From positions 1 through 58,342 of IMG/VR virus record IMGVR_UViG_3300020021_000012: a DNA stretch of 58,342 bases. One strand, 5' to 3'. Source of the stretch: a virus (taxonomy: Duplodnaviria; Caudoviricetes). Below are positions 18,308 to 26,802 of the stretch, piece by piece. The notes under the pieces are model-generated. The model was given only the letters and a program-made list of their open reading frames with translations, was not told the origin of the DNA and did no database searches. Position numbers and translations under genes: made by a program. Position 1 is the first letter of the stretch; every line of letters begins with the position of its first letter.

Positions 18308-19044
18308 GCCGGATTGAGACGATAGGCGATGCTACCCTGTATTTGGGTGATTGTCGGGAAATTCTGCCTACATTGGGCAAGGTCGATGCGGTCGTAACAG
18401 ACCCGCCGTATGGGATTGGTTTCAAGTACGAAAGCCACATAGACGACGCCGAGTCCTATCCGTCGTTCCTTTGGCCAATTATTGAGGAGGCTGAGCGGCA
18501 CGTCGTACCAGGTGGGCCGATCTTTGTTTGGCAGGCCCAGGAATGGATGCCCCGATTTGCGGAACTATTTCCGCGCAAATGGCGCATCATGATAGCGGCT
18601 AAAAACTTCGTACAAATGCGCGCCGTTGCGATGCAGCACGCGTATGAGCCCGTGGTCGTTTGGTGGACACCTGGCGCAAAACCTTGGCGATCGTTGTCAG
18701 GCACCACATATGCGAATCGCGATTGGTTTGTGGCCGATAGCGCTTCTGCCGTGTCGGATATTCATAGGTTGGCGAAGCAACATCCGTGCCCACGCCAAGA
18801 CGATGTATGTGAATTCATTGTGGCGAATTGGGTTTCTGACGGCGGCGTCATCCTCGATCCGTTCATGGGCAGTGGGACGACCGGCGTTGCTGCTGTGAAA
18901 CTCGGCCGTCGTTTTATTGGAATTGAAATTGAGCCGAAGTATTTCGATCTTGCTTGCCGGCGCATTCAGGCGGCCGTGGACGCTCCAGATATGTTCGCCA
19001 CACGCTTCGCGCCAGCAAAGCAACTCACACTGGACGCCATGTGA
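18304..19044 (+). CDS. Second DNA N6-A/N4-C methyltransferase (beta class)
   Basis: TDPPY, HPCPR, DPFMGSGTT. Confidence 0.9.
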   Translation: MSRIETIGDATLYLGDCREILPTLGKVDAVVTDPPYGIGFKYESHIDDAESYPSFLWPIIEEAERHVVPGGPIFVWQAQEWMPRFAELFPRKWRIMIAAKNFVQMRAVAMQHAYEPVVVWWTPGAKPWRSLSGTTYANRDWFVADSASAVSDIHRLAKQHPCPRQDDVCEFIVANWVSDGGVILDPFMGSGTTGVAAVKLGRRFIGIEIEPKYFDLACRRIQAAVDAPDMFATRFAPAKQLTLDAM

Positions 19045-19599
19045 ATGCTAACCAAAACCCCCAACGATATCAAGAATTTCGTCCTCCTCACCGAGCCTGG
19101 CGGGGAGAAACGAGCCCACGGATATCTCCGTAACGAGGGCTTTGACCCCTACGTGCCGATGGAGAGCAAGATAGTATCGTTCTCGGTGCGGACCATGTTC
19201 GGAATCCACCGCCGCTCTCGTGAGGAAACCCGGGCGATATTCCCCGGATATCTGTTCCTGCCGATCGACATGGGATGGAACCACGGCGATGGCTGGGAGA
19301 CCCCGCTCGATCGCTGCCCCGGATTGCGCCGGCAGGGCAAATTCCTGCTCAAGGCCAACAAGCGACACCGGTATCTCACCGAGGACGAAATGGACAAACT
19401 GCGGCTGGCCGAATGCATCTGCAACAACAAATCCCCGTTTGAAATCGGCGATCAGGTCCGCATCTTGGATGGCCCGTTCGCCGACCACATCGCGGAAATC
19501 TCACGTATGGATGACCTGCAACGCATTGAATTGTTGAAGGATTTCCTCGGGCGTAAGACGAAAACGCTCGTGACGATATCGCAGATTTCTGCTATATAG
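19045..19599 (+). CDS. NusG-paralog transcription antiterminator (late activator position)
   Basis: IFPGYLF NGN motif and GDQVRILDGPFAD KOW motif. Confidence 0.88.
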   Translation: MLTKTPNDIKNFVLLTEPGGEKRAHGYLRNEGFDPYVPMESKIVSFSVRTMFGIHRRSREETRAIFPGYLFLPIDMGWNHGDGWETPLDRCPGLRRQGKFLLKANKRHRYLTEDEMDKLRLAECICNNKSPFEIGDQVRILDGPFADHIAEISRMDDLQRIELLKDFLGRKTKTLVTISQISAI

Positions 19600-19837
19600 G
19601 GAATCGGCCTTGAGATCAATTAAATCAGTGACTTAGCACATAAAAAGCCAGCGGAGGAACTCATGGCGTGTTCACAGTTTTCGTACGGCGCTTGGTTGCT
19701 CATGACCGGCGGTTCGCTTGGCCTCGGTGTGGGGTTGCTTCTCTACGGCATGGTGCATCGTGTTTGCACGTAACGCCGGCCAAAAGAGCAAGCTGGTGGC
19801 GTCGATATCGCAGATCGCGGCGGTGTAGGGAGGTATC

Positions 19838-20107
19838 GTGCAAAGCATTCGGGGCAACGAACAGCGGGCGGTTGTGCTAAAGCCAGTCACCGCGACGATT
19901 GAGAGGACATCCGCGAAGCTCCGCGACTTGATGTTCGATGAGATCGAAGAGCTGCGCGCTGGCAAGGGCGACATCCACCGGGCAGGAGCTATCGCCAAGC
20001 TTGCCGGCCAGATCATTGCCTCCGCTCGGCTGGACGTGGATTATGCCGCCACTATGCGGGATGGCAAAACGGCAGAGGTGGAGCCGCTCGCGCTGGGCAA
20101 GAAATGA
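19838..20107 (+). CDS. Hypothetical protein
   Basis: 89 aa, GGGAGG RBS. Confidence 0.6.
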   Translation: MQSIRGNEQRAVVLKPVTATIERTSAKLRDLMFDEIEELRAGKGDIHRAGAIAKLAGQIIASARLDVDYAATMRDGKTAEVEPLALGKK

Positions 20108-20475
20108 TCCAGTTCCATTGGTGCAATCCGCTCAAGACGTGCCGGGTATGCGGCGAGGGCGACGAGATTGCGCCGAGTCACGCGCTCTGTGAGGCATGCG
20201 TGCGGCGCTGTGCTGGCTGGGTGCGGAGGCAAGATCGGTTTGCGCCTGCGTGCGATTCCCCTCCTAGGGGTCTCGGCTGGGATGTCGATGACCTCCCTGA
20301 TGATGATCCCCGTGTAATCGCGTACATGGCATACTGCGACCGCCATAATGCTTGGAGCGCGCGGCTTTGGAATGGCGAGTTCACGTCGGAAGAAATGGCC
20401 TCGTGGGTGTCGTGGGTGCTCGAAAATCCAAATCAACGCAAGTGGCTGAAGTTGGAAAGGGTGCAACACCCTTGA
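20104..20475 (+). CDS. Hypothetical protein with two CxxC motifs
   Basis: 123 aa, ATGA-coupled. Confidence 0.6.
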   Translation: MIQFHWCNPLKTCRVCGEGDEIAPSHALCEACVRRCAGWVRRQDRFAPACDSPPRGLGWDVDDLPDDDPRVIAYMAYCDRHNAWSARLWNGEFTSEEMASWVSWVLENPNQRKWLKLERVQHP

Positions 20476-20700
20476 CAAACAACACGTTTCACCCCCATTG
20501 AGGACAGCCACTGTGTTTCGTTCACCTGCCGGCGCCCTCGTGTAGCAAGGGGAGGGCCATACGGCACCTGGCCTGCGCTGCCGCCCCCGTGGATTGGCAG
20601 AGGGCCCGTGCAACGCTGTGGCGGAAATCATCAGCTTGCGTCCGAAATGGCGCAAGAAGCGAGCCGGAAATTCCACCAAATCCTCAATTGAAAGCAATGG
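20472..20700 (+). promoter_or_regulatory. Putative late promoter and structured leader
   Basis: TTGACA at 20472 with a weak -10, then GC-rich hairpins before terS. Confidence 0.4.
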
Positions 20701-20707
20701 ATTCTGA

Positions 20708-21031
20708 ATGCCTTTCAAGAAGGGCCAATCCGGCAATCCGGGTGGCAAATCCAAAGAACTGAAGGAAATTCAAGCGGCTGCGCGCGAGCATGCGCCGGCC
20801 GCATTGCGCACGCTGGCTCGGATCGCGACCAAGGGCAAAACCGAGGCCGCGCAGGTCCGAGCTGCCGAGGCGTTGCTCGATCGCGGGTTCGGTCGGCCAG
20901 CACAGGCCCACACTGGCGAAGACGGGGGGCCAATCCGATTCCTGCTCGAGGGAATGACCGACGATGAGCTTGCCCGTATCGCCGCAGGAGGCCGCTCGGG
21001 CGCTTCTGCAGCGCCGGACGGTTCGTCGTAG
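20708..21031 (+). CDS. terS: Terminase small subunit (DUF5681-like)
   Basis: FKKGQSGNPGG and LLDRGFGRP; overlaps terL. Confidence 0.85.
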   Translation: MPFKKGQSGNPGGKSKELKEIQAAAREHAPAALRTLARIATKGKTEAAQVRAAEALLDRGFGRPAQAHTGEDGGPIRFLLEGMTDDELARIAAGGRSGASAAPDGSS

Positions 21032-22436
21032 CCTGGCTGAATGGGGTCGGTTCAAGGGCTTTGAGCCCGCCCCCCATCATCAACTGATCTGCGACGAGAT
21101 CGAGGACTTCCTAGCCAGCGACGACGAGGTGCTGCTGCTGTTTGCGCCTCCGGGTTCCGCGAAGAGCACGTGGGTCTCGGTTCTGTTCCCGGCGTCCTAC
21201 TTGGCCCGGTTTCCGCAAAACAGCGTCTTGTTCGCAACGCACTCGGTCGAGTTCGCCAAGCGATGGGGCCGAAGGGTCCGCAACGATATCCTGCTTGAGC
21301 ACAGGATGCTTGGTATCAACGTCGCGCCGGACAACCAGGCGGCCGATCGCTGGGCCCTCACGACCGGTGGCGAATATTACGCGGTTGGCGCCGGAACCGG
21401 CATCGCGGGCTTTCGTGCTGACCTCGGGCTCGGGGATGACTTCTTCGGCAGCCGCGAGGATGCATTCAGCGAGATTGTCCGCCAAAGGCGATGGGACTGG
21501 TACGTCGACGACTTCAGCGCCCGTCTGAAGCCTGGCGCCAAGCGTATCCTCATGAACACTCGCTGGCACGAGGAGGACGTGGCTGGTCGAATCCTCCAGC
21601 AGATCGACAAGGGCATCATTCGCGGGCGGGTGATATCGATCCCAGCGATTGCTGAGGCTGGCGATCCGCTCGGCCGCAAGGTCGGCGAATATCTCTGGGA
21701 TGAGCCGAAAGGCTACAATTACGGGGAGTTCCTACGGGCTCGCCAGCGCGAAACCTCGCCGATGATGTGGTCCGCGCTGTATCAGCAGCGGCCGGCTCCC
21801 GAGGAAGGCGATTTCTTCAAAGCCGACTGGCTCAAGCCCTACGACAAGGCGCCTGCGCTCGAAACGCTCACGACCTACGGCGGCTCGGATTACGCCGTTA
21901 CCGCGGATGGTGGCGATTACACGGTTCACGGCGTTGTCGGGATCGACCCCGAAAACCGCATGTACCTGCTCGATCTATGGCGCCAGCAGGCCTCGTCCGA
22001 GAAGTGGATCGATGCGTTCTGCGATCTGGTCATCAAGTGGAAACCGCTGGGCTGGGCCGAAGAGCAGGGACAAATCAAGGCCAGCTTGGGGCCGTTTATC
22101 AACAACCAGCAGCATGAGCGCAAGGCCTACGTGGCCCGAACGACGTTCCCCACACGAGGCGACAAGGCCGTGCGGGCTCAATCGATCCGTGGCCGCATGG
22201 CGATCGAGGGGCTGTACGTGCCGATCCACGCGCCATGGTATCCCGCGCTGAGGTCGGAACTGCTGAGCTTCCCTGCCGGCAAGCACGACGACCAGGTCGA
22301 CATGCTGGGGTTGATCGGTCAACTGCTCGACATGATGACCGCCGGCCGCGCGCCGAAGAAGCCCGAGCCCGACACGAGTTCCGGCTACCGCTCCGTTGTC
22401 GATCGCGAGCGCGGGCCTTCGCTGGTGACGATTTGA
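20964..22436 (+). CDS. terL: Terminase large subunit
   Basis: PPGSAKS Walker A, GDD Walker B, TRWHEED, YQQRP, FPAGKHDDQVD nuclease motif. Confidence 0.95.
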   Translation: MSLPVSPQEAARALLQRRTVRRSLAEWGRFKGFEPAPHHQLICDEIEDFLASDDEVLLLFAPPGSAKSTWVSVLFPASYLARFPQNSVLFATHSVEFAKRWGRRVRNDILLEHRMLGINVAPDNQAADRWALTTGGEYYAVGAGTGIAGFRADLGLGDDFFGSREDAFSEIVRQRRWDWYVDDFSARLKPGAKRILMNTRWHEEDVAGRILQQIDKGIIRGRVISIPAIAEAGDPLGRKVGEYLWDEPKGYNYGEFLRARQRETSPMMWSALYQQRPAPEEGDFFKADWLKPYDKAPALETLTTYGGSDYAVTADGGDYTVHGVVGIDPENRMYLLDLWRQQASSEKWIDAFCDLVIKWKPLGWAEEQGQIKASLGPFINNQQHERKAYVARTTFPTRGDKAVRAQSIRGRMAIEGLYVPIHAPWYPALRSELLSFPAGKHDDQVDMLGLIGQLLDMMTAGRAPKKPEPDTSSGYRSVVDRERGPSLVTI

Positions 22437-22445
22437 GGTAGGCCG

Positions 22446-22634
22446 ATGGCAATCACTTTGCAGCCAGAAATGAGCCCAGCGCTACGATCGGCAATTAATG
22501 CCGAGTTCCGCAGGATTGTCCTGTCCACAGACTCGCCGCTGCTTGCGATCGTGAAGGATGATGCTGAGATGTGGGTGCGTTGTTTTCCTCATGACGAGCG
22601 AGCACGCAAGGTGTGGGCTGCCGCGCATAAATGA
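22446..22634 (+). CDS. Hypothetical protein
   Basis: 62 aa, GAGG RBS. Confidence 0.55.
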   Translation: MAITLQPEMSPALRSAINAEFRRIVLSTDSPLLAIVKDDAEMWVRCFPHDERARKVWAAAHK

Positions 22635-22726
22635 TGCCCGAATCCGACGACGGCACGCTTGAGGATGGCGACGAGGATGCCGACTACGATCAGCCGGACG
22701 AATGGCGGGATTATTGGGATGAGTGA
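22634..22726 (+). CDS. Acidic micropeptide (30 aa, 15 D/E)
   Basis: Manually translated MPESDDGTLEDGDEDADYDQPDEWRDYWDE; TGATG coupling. Confidence 0.45.
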   Translation: MPESDDGTLEDGDEDADYDQPDEWRDYWDE

Positions 22727-22931
22727 ACGCAACTGGTCATCTCTCTATCGCCAGAGACCTCCACCGGATACCAGCAACTACGTGCTGCGGCGGCGCCCGT
22801 TCTTGCGGCGTTTGGTGTCCCACTATCGATGCTTTCGCTACGTAGGGCTCGGACCTATTGGGGCGTTGCGTGGGGCGTTCTGCTTGGCTCGCTGTGCTCG
22901 AGTGTCAGAGCCTCCATGCCACGATGAGTGA
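22719..22931 (+). CDS. Hypothetical basic protein
   Basis: Start re-called at MSERNW. Confidence 0.45.
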   Translation: MSERNWSSLYRQRPPPDTSNYVLRRRPFLRRLVSHYRCFRYVGLGPIGALRGAFCLARCARVSEPPCHDE

Positions 22932-22937
22932 GGCCGC

Positions 22938-23030
22938 ATGTTCATGATCGGCATCGCGATCGGCCTTGTTCTCGGTGTCCCAGCCGGCGTTGCGCTCGCG
23001 GTTTGGGCCGCGATACCCGAAACGCCATGA
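22938..23030 (+). CDS. Single-TM micropeptide (30 aa)
   Basis: MFMIGIAIGLVLGVPAGVALAVWAAIPETP; GAGG RBS; ATGA-coupled to the ligase. Confidence 0.5.
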   Translation: MFMIGIAIGLVLGVPAGVALAVWAAIPETP

Positions 23031-24118
23031 GTTCCGTCCTCGCCTTCCTCGTGCTCGCCGCCTATTGGCCCGGGATCGCAGGGCCTGCCACGACGCCACG
23101 CTGGGTCGCGCTGTTCACCTTCGTGCCGCTGCTGCTGTTCTTCGCCGATCGGGTGCGACTGACGCTCAGCCATGTCGCCGGGCTCGCCTTCATAGCCTGG
23201 TGTGCGGTGACGCTCGCATGGTCGGTGAGCCCGTTGGACGGCATCGGCGCGCTGGCCGAACTTGCCACTATCGGAGCCGTGTTCGCGCTGGGATCCCTGA
23301 GTGACGACCTGACCCCGCTCTATCGCGGTGCTGCGGTGGGGATCGGTGTATCGAGCGTCCTCGTCATCGGGCAATGGCTGCACCTGATCGACATTCCGGC
23401 GTTCTACCTGCCGGCCGCGCTGTTCGTGAACGCCAACCATATGGGCGAGGCTGCGGCGTTGATCCTGGTGGCCTGCATGTTCAACCGCATCTGGTGGGGC
23501 GTCATCGCATCTGCCCCTGCCTTGCTGCTCTCTGGCTCGCGTGCGGCGGTCCTGGCGGTTGTCATCGCCTGCCTCTATTGGCTGTGGGCGCATCGCCTGC
23601 GGGCGACCGCGGCGGTGTGCTGTGTGCTAGCCCTCTGGCTCGCCGTCGCGGCGTTCTTCATCGTCAAGCCCGACATGAACGGCCAGCACGAGCGGCTGGC
23701 GATCTGGTCGGATACGGCGCGCAATCTCACATTCACCGGGCAGGGCATCGGCTCGTATTGGGAGGCGTTCCCCGACATCGCTGTGGCGACCGACATCAGC
23801 CGTGTACGTCCCGATCATGCTCACAACGAGTTCCTCGACATTGCGTTCGAGACCGGGGCAGTGGGGTTCATGCTGTTCCTGGCATTTGTGGCCACGCTGC
23901 GCGGTCCATTCAATGTCGAGCGTGCCGTTCTGATCGCGCTCATGGTGGAGGCCTGCTTTGCTTTCCCATTTTCTAACGCATCCACCGCGTTTCTGGGAAG
24001 TGTTGCTGCGGGGGCTGCTGCTCGCTCTCGGCGTGACATTCGCAGTGAGGTTGTCGCTGGCCGAGATCGAATACGTGCGTGGCTGGCAGCCGGGAAAGCC
24101 GCTCAAACCGCAGTTTGA
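23027..24118 (+). CDS. O-antigen ligase / O-oligosaccharyltransferase family (Wzy_C) polytopic membrane protein
   Basis: About 10 TM segments; FVNANHMG, SGSRAA, ERLAIW, GQGIGSY, HAHNEFLDIAFETGAVG. Confidence 0.85.
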   Translation: MSSVLAFLVLAAYWPGIAGPATTPRWVALFTFVPLLLFFADRVRLTLSHVAGLAFIAWCAVTLAWSVSPLDGIGALAELATIGAVFALGSLSDDLTPLYRGAAVGIGVSSVLVIGQWLHLIDIPAFYLPAALFVNANHMGEAAALILVACMFNRIWWGVIASAPALLLSGSRAAVLAVVIACLYWLWAHRLRATAAVCCVLALWLAVAAFFIVKPDMNGQHERLAIWSDTARNLTFTGQGIGSYWEAFPDIAVATDISRVRPDHAHNEFLDIAFETGAVGFMLFLAFVATLRGPFNVERAVLIALMVEACFAFPFSNASTAFLGSVAAGAAARSRRDIRSEVVAGRDRIRAWLAAGKAAQTAV

Positions 24119-24215
24119 GGCATTGGCCCGCGCCGAGCAGGACTATCCGTTCAATCACCGGTTTCGCGAAGGCACGACAGTGCGGGTGAAGCTGCTGGCG
24201 GAGAGAGGCAAATAG
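24000..24215 (+). CDS. Small TM plus TPR-like protein overlapping the ligase 3' end
   Basis: LLRGLLLALGVTFAVRL hydrophobic stretch then ALARAEQDYPFN; fills the gap to the next gene; start uncertain. Confidence 0.5.
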   Translation: MLLRGLLLALGVTFAVRLSLAEIEYVRGWQPGKPLKPQFEALARAEQDYPFNHRFREGTTVRVKLLAERGK

Positions 24216-24216
24216 C

Positions 24217-24438
24217 GTGGCCAATTCCTCCCCGTCCCCCAACAACGTCCCCGTCAAATTCCGCGGCAAAGGAGAGCGTGAAATGCCCAAGCCCCCGAAC
24301 ATGGATGTATCGACCGTCGCAGGTCCGAAGGGCGGCAAGCCCAAGTTCCCGCGCGGCCTGAAGAAGAAGGCCAAGCGGCTGCAGGGCCAAGGCCGCATCT
24401 CCGACAAGGCGATGAAGAAGATCACGGGTGAGGCGTGA
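24217..24438 (+). CDS. Small Lys/Pro-rich basic protein
   Basis: 73 aa, GAGAGG RBS; C-terminal motif shared with the ATP-grasp protein. Confidence 0.7.
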   Translation: MANSSPSPNNVPVKFRGKGEREMPKPPNMDVSTVAGPKGGKPKFPRGLKKKAKRLQGQGRISDKAMKKITGEA

Positions 24439-24444
24439 GAGTAG

Positions 24445-24870
24445 ATGCCAGCCCGTTGCCGGCCAGCGCACGACAAGCACTACCATCTGCGCGAGCCATT
24501 CGGCTATCTCCTGACCCTCGATCTCTACGGCTGCAGGCCGTGCGTCTGTGACGACCTGAACCTCTGCTACGATTTCCTCGTTGATCTGGTGCGCGATCTC
24601 GGGATGACAGCGCAGGGCCCGCCGCACATTTACCGCAGCCCGCCTGAATTCCCCGACAAGGCCGGTCTGTCAGGCTGGATCGGCATGATTGAGAGCGGCA
24701 TTCAGATTCACACGCTCACGCCGAGGAGCTTCATCTCGATCGACATCTATTGCTGCCGGGACTTCACGTCGGATGGAGTGACCGAGTTCGTGCGGGACTA
24801 TTTCGGCGGTTGCCGGGAAATCGAGATGAACCGGATTCTGCGCGGCATGAAATACAACGAGGTTGTGTGA
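24445..24870 (+). CDS. Pyruvoyl-dependent S-adenosylmethionine decarboxylase family proenzyme (SpeD/SpeH-like)
   Basis: LTLDLYGC, GLSG...IES cleavage site, IHT, IDIYCC; ESG replaces the usual ESH. Confidence 0.82.
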   Translation: MPARCRPAHDKHYHLREPFGYLLTLDLYGCRPCVCDDLNLCYDFLVDLVRDLGMTAQGPPHIYRSPPEFPDKAGLSGWIGMIESGIQIHTLTPRSFISIDIYCCRDFTSDGVTEFVRDYFGGCREIEMNRILRGMKYNEVV

Positions 24871-26208
24871 ATGCCATCGCATCGCGACCGCACGGTGCTG
24901 ATCTATGATCATGGGCTCTTCGTTGAGCTTGCCGTCACGCTCTCAAAGCACTTCGGCCGCGTGTTGCTGTACGTCCCCTGGGAGAACGGATATCCGAGGA
25001 GTAACGCCCCGCGCATCGGCCAGGGCATCAAGGGCGTCGAGCGCGTGCTGTCGCCGTGGGATCATTACGACGAGATCGACCTGTGGATATTTCCCGATGT
25101 GTATGAGGGCGCGCTGCAGCAGCATCTCGTCGACATGGGCAAGCGGGTCTGGGGCTGCCGGATGGGCGAGGAGCTGGAACTCGACCGCGTCAAGTCCAAG
25201 GAGCACTGTAAGGCGATTGGCATCGACATCGGCCCTTACGCGCACATCGTCGGCCTCGATGCGTTGCGCGAGCATCTGAAAGACAACGACGATCAGTGGG
25301 TGAAGATATCCGCCACCCGTGGCGACATGGAGACCTTCCACGCCCCGAACTACGCTCAGGTCGAGCAGCAGATCGACGAGCTGGAGCACAATCTCGGCGC
25401 CAAGAAAAAGGTGATGGAGTTCATCGTCGAGGAGGGCATCGATCCCGCCATCGAGATCGGCTACGACGGCTATACCATCGACGGCCGATATCCCAAGGGA
25501 GCCATCGTCGGGGTCGAGGTCAAGGACAAGGCCTACGTCTGCAAGACCATGCGCTATTCGCAATTGCCGGAGAAGGTCCGCAGCGTCAACGACAAGCTGG
25601 CCAAGACGCTGAAGGGCTACGGCTACCGTGGCTTCATCTCGACGGAGATCAGGTGCAAGGGCGATAAGGCCTACCTGATCGACCCATGCGCGAGGTGCGG
25701 ATCGCCGCCCTCCGAACTCTATCAGGTGATGATCACCAACCTTGCCGACGTGATCTGGGAAGGTGCCGGCGGCGTCGTAGTGGAGCCTGAATTCTCCCAC
25801 GAATGGGGCGCACAGATCCTGCTGCTGTCGGATTGGGCGGACAGCAACTGGCAGCAGGTGTCGTTCCCTGAATCCATCAGAGAGAACGTCAAGCTGCGCA
25901 ACATGACGATCATTGATGGAAACTATTACGTCATTCCGCAATGGACCGGCATGCCTGAGATTGGCGCCATCGTTGCGACCGGCGACACGCAGGAAGAGGC
26001 CATCAACGAGGTCAAGCGGTTGGCCGAGATGGTGCACGGCCACGACATGAACAAGCCGGTCGAGGCGCTGGAGAAGGCGCGCGACGACCTCAATGAGGCG
26101 CTGGGCACAGCAAAGCCGAAGTCCAAGCTTCAGGTTGAGGCTGAGCGGCTGCGAAGTGAGGGGAAGATTTCGGATCGACGGTTTGACCGGATGGTGAGGG
26201 CGGAATGA
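24871..26208 (+). CDS. ATP-grasp ligase, PurD (GAR synthetase)-like
   Basis: ELELDRVKSK, WVK, FIVEEGI..IEIGYDG, GYRGFISTE, IDPCARCGSP (compare PurD EFNARFGDP). Confidence 0.75.
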   Translation: MPSHRDRTVLIYDHGLFVELAVTLSKHFGRVLLYVPWENGYPRSNAPRIGQGIKGVERVLSPWDHYDEIDLWIFPDVYEGALQQHLVDMGKRVWGCRMGEELELDRVKSKEHCKAIGIDIGPYAHIVGLDALREHLKDNDDQWVKISATRGDMETFHAPNYAQVEQQIDELEHNLGAKKKVMEFIVEEGIDPAIEIGYDGYTIDGRYPKGAIVGVEVKDKAYVCKTMRYSQLPEKVRSVNDKLAKTLKGYGYRGFISTEIRCKGDKAYLIDPCARCGSPPSELYQVMITNLADVIWEGAGGVVVEPEFSHEWGAQILLLSDWADSNWQQVSFPESIRENVKLRNMTIIDGNYYVIPQWTGMPEIGAIVATGDTQEEAINEVKRLAEMVHGHDMNKPVEALEKARDDLNEALGTAKPKSKLQVEAERLRSEGKISDRRFDRMVRAE

Positions 26209-26378
26209 TGTCCATCCCGAAAGACGGAACCTACGTGGTTTTGCACCCCGCACAAATCAGCAACTTCGATTTGGTGTGCGCGTTCAAGGCTAACTATCCG
26301 CACACCGAGATCATCGTGTCGCAGAAACTACCTACAGGAAACGAAAGGACCCAGCCATGTACTTCAAGGAAGACGTAG
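26205..26378 (+). CDS. Hypothetical protein (57 aa)
   Basis: Manually translated MMSIPKDGTYVVLH...; ATGA-coupled. Confidence 0.45.
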   Translation: MMSIPKDGTYVVLHPAQISNFDLVCAFKANYPHTEIIVSQKLPTGNERTQPCTSRKT

Positions 26379-26794
26379 CGCGCCTCGTCAGCGAACTCGG
26401 CAACGTGAAGATGGAACCGCCCGTCGAGTTGGGTAAGGCCGACGACTTCGGTCTGTCGCTCGACCTGTTCGACCCCGTGTCTGGCCAGATCATCGCCCTG
26501 GCGCGGCCGGCGCGGATCGACCTCGGCCAGCCGCAAATCTTGCTGACCGCAACTCAGGCCCGCACTGCGGTTGCCGCTGCCCGCACCGGGCATCTGCATC
26601 GCGTTCGTGGCATGGGCTTCGCCTCGATCGAGGAATTCAACGAGGCGCACAAGCGCGACGTGGCGGCGGCCGATCTGAAGGCCAAGCAGGCTGAGGAGTC
26701 GGCCAAGATGAACCAGGCCCACGCCGACGCGGCGAACAAGGCTGCGGCCGATGCGCAGCCTAAGAAGCCGGCGCAGGCTGAGGCAGTCGCGTAA
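26357..26794 (+). CDS. Hypothetical protein, Ala-rich C-terminus
   Basis: 145 aa, AAGGA RBS, strong codon bias. Confidence 0.75.
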   Translation: MYFKEDVARLVSELGNVKMEPPVELGKADDFGLSLDLFDPVSGQIIALARPARIDLGQPQILLTATQARTAVAAARTGHLHRVRGMGFASIEEFNEAHKRDVAAADLKAKQAEESAKMNQAHADAANKAAADAQPKKPAQAEAVA

Positions 26795-26802
26795 GTAACA
26801 GC

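Noticed and set aside
24871-26208. True purD auxiliary metabolic gene
   Set aside because: Lacks the PurD N-terminal GSGGREH motif and has an extra tag; treated as a PurD-like ATP-grasp of unknown substrate.
24943-26253. 436-aa minus-strand ORF, and similar long antisense ORFs at 27703-28758, 34929-36134 and 50428-51399
   Set aside because: Shadow frames of high-GC, codon-biased genes on the opposite strand; no motifs.
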